Source: Raja brachyura
Lineage: Eukaryota
DNA: 64,000 nt
Direction: 5' to 3'
Assembly: GCA_963514005.1 (NCBI GenBank)
Contig: OY740795.1
Location: 868,001 to 932,000 of the forward strand
This document shows positions 62,968 through 64,000 of this stretch, piece by piece (position 1 is the first letter of the stretch; each line of letters starts with the position of its first letter). The notes beneath the pieces are model-generated. The model worked only from the letters and a program-made list of their open reading frames with translations. It was not told the DNA's origin and ran no database searches. Position numbers and translations under genes: made by a program.

Positions 62968-64000
62968 TTTTTTTTTTTTTTTAATATTTTTTTTATTTGA
63001 AGTAACCAGTTTACAATGTATAACACACATTTAAAACTATCATCTTAATTCAATATTTCTACAAATAGCACATCGATAATTAATATCGTCTGTTTTTTTG
63101 GAAATAAAGATAGAAAAAGATATATAATAAAGAGGAAAAGAAAAAAAAAGATAGGAATAGAAAACAATCTACAAATACAAATTAAAAAAATATATATATT
63201 ATATATTATATATATATAAATCAGAAACAACTAAGTACATTATACATGAAATTATTTCAAACAATAATATCAATAGGACATGCGCATTAATCCCATATGT
63301 AAATAAGTTATTCTCATCGGATTCCGTAGGGTGCCCGTCGAGCCGTGATGCGAAGAACAGCTACTTCTCTAGATACTGTATATATGGAGACCATATCAGT
63401 TCAAAAGAATTATACCTGTCCAATAGGACAAATCTAATTCTTTCCAAATATAACGTCTCCTGCATCTCTGCTGTCCACATTTTAATTGTTGGGGATAATG
63501 TTCCCTTCCAAAATTTCAATATGATTTTTTTCCCTATTATCAAACAGTAATCAAAGAAATTTCTTTGATTTACTGTCAAAACCAAACTTGATTCCGGAAT
63601 TCCAAATATTATTAATTTTGGGTCAGGGTCCAGTTTAACTTTAAGAACTTCAGAAATTACTTTAAAAATTTCTGTCCAGTAATAATTCAACTTAGGGCAT
63701 GTTACAAAACTATGTATTAAGTTTGCTTCTAGATTCTTACATTTATCACAAATAGAGGAGAGATTGGGAAAAATACTATTTAATTTGGTTTTCGAATAAT
63801 GTAATCTATATAGTACTTTAAATTGTATCAATATATGTCTAGCATTTAAAGAACACCGATTTATTCTCTGTAAGCTTTCTTCCCAAATTTATTTTGTTAT
63901 AGGTAATCCAATTTCATTTTCCCATGCTTGGCGATATGTTTCAGTTATTGGGGTCTCTTTATCTAGAATAATATTATATATATGAGCTATTACCTTTTCC
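62968..64000 (-). mobile_element. L1-clade LINE 3' end, continuing beyond the window
   Basis: ORF 63361-63831 QFKVLYRL..CDKC..HSFVTCPKL. Poly(A) is the T-run at 62968-62982. Confidence 0.88.

Overview
Vertebrate genomic DNA, almost certainly a cartilaginous fish (probably a skate or ray, inferred from the repeat families), from the V-segment region of a T-cell receptor alpha/delta locus. It holds two TCR Valpha/delta gene segments, each with a 23-bp-spacer RSS. The second has its leader exon in the window, and there is a third, orphan leader exon. Interleaved with these are three intact two-exon class A GPCR genes of the GPR139/GPR142-like type (one on +, two on -), a remnant of a fourth, and a lone tRNA-Thr(CGT). 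Much of the rest is transposable elements: several CR1 families (one very young), Rex1/Babar, L1, Penelope-like fragments carrying hammerhead-ribozyme-like motifs, tRNA-derived SINEs, a non-autonomous Helitron, a hAT-like MITE with apparent 7-bp TSDs and a foldback MITE. There are two assembly gaps. The most interesting signal is a diversifying, compact GPR139-like receptor array with conserved homeodomain-type promoter motifs inside a TCR V cluster. This parallels the olfactory receptors interleaved with mammalian TRAV genes but uses a different GPCR family. All calls were made by eye; repeat boundaries without TSDs are approximate.
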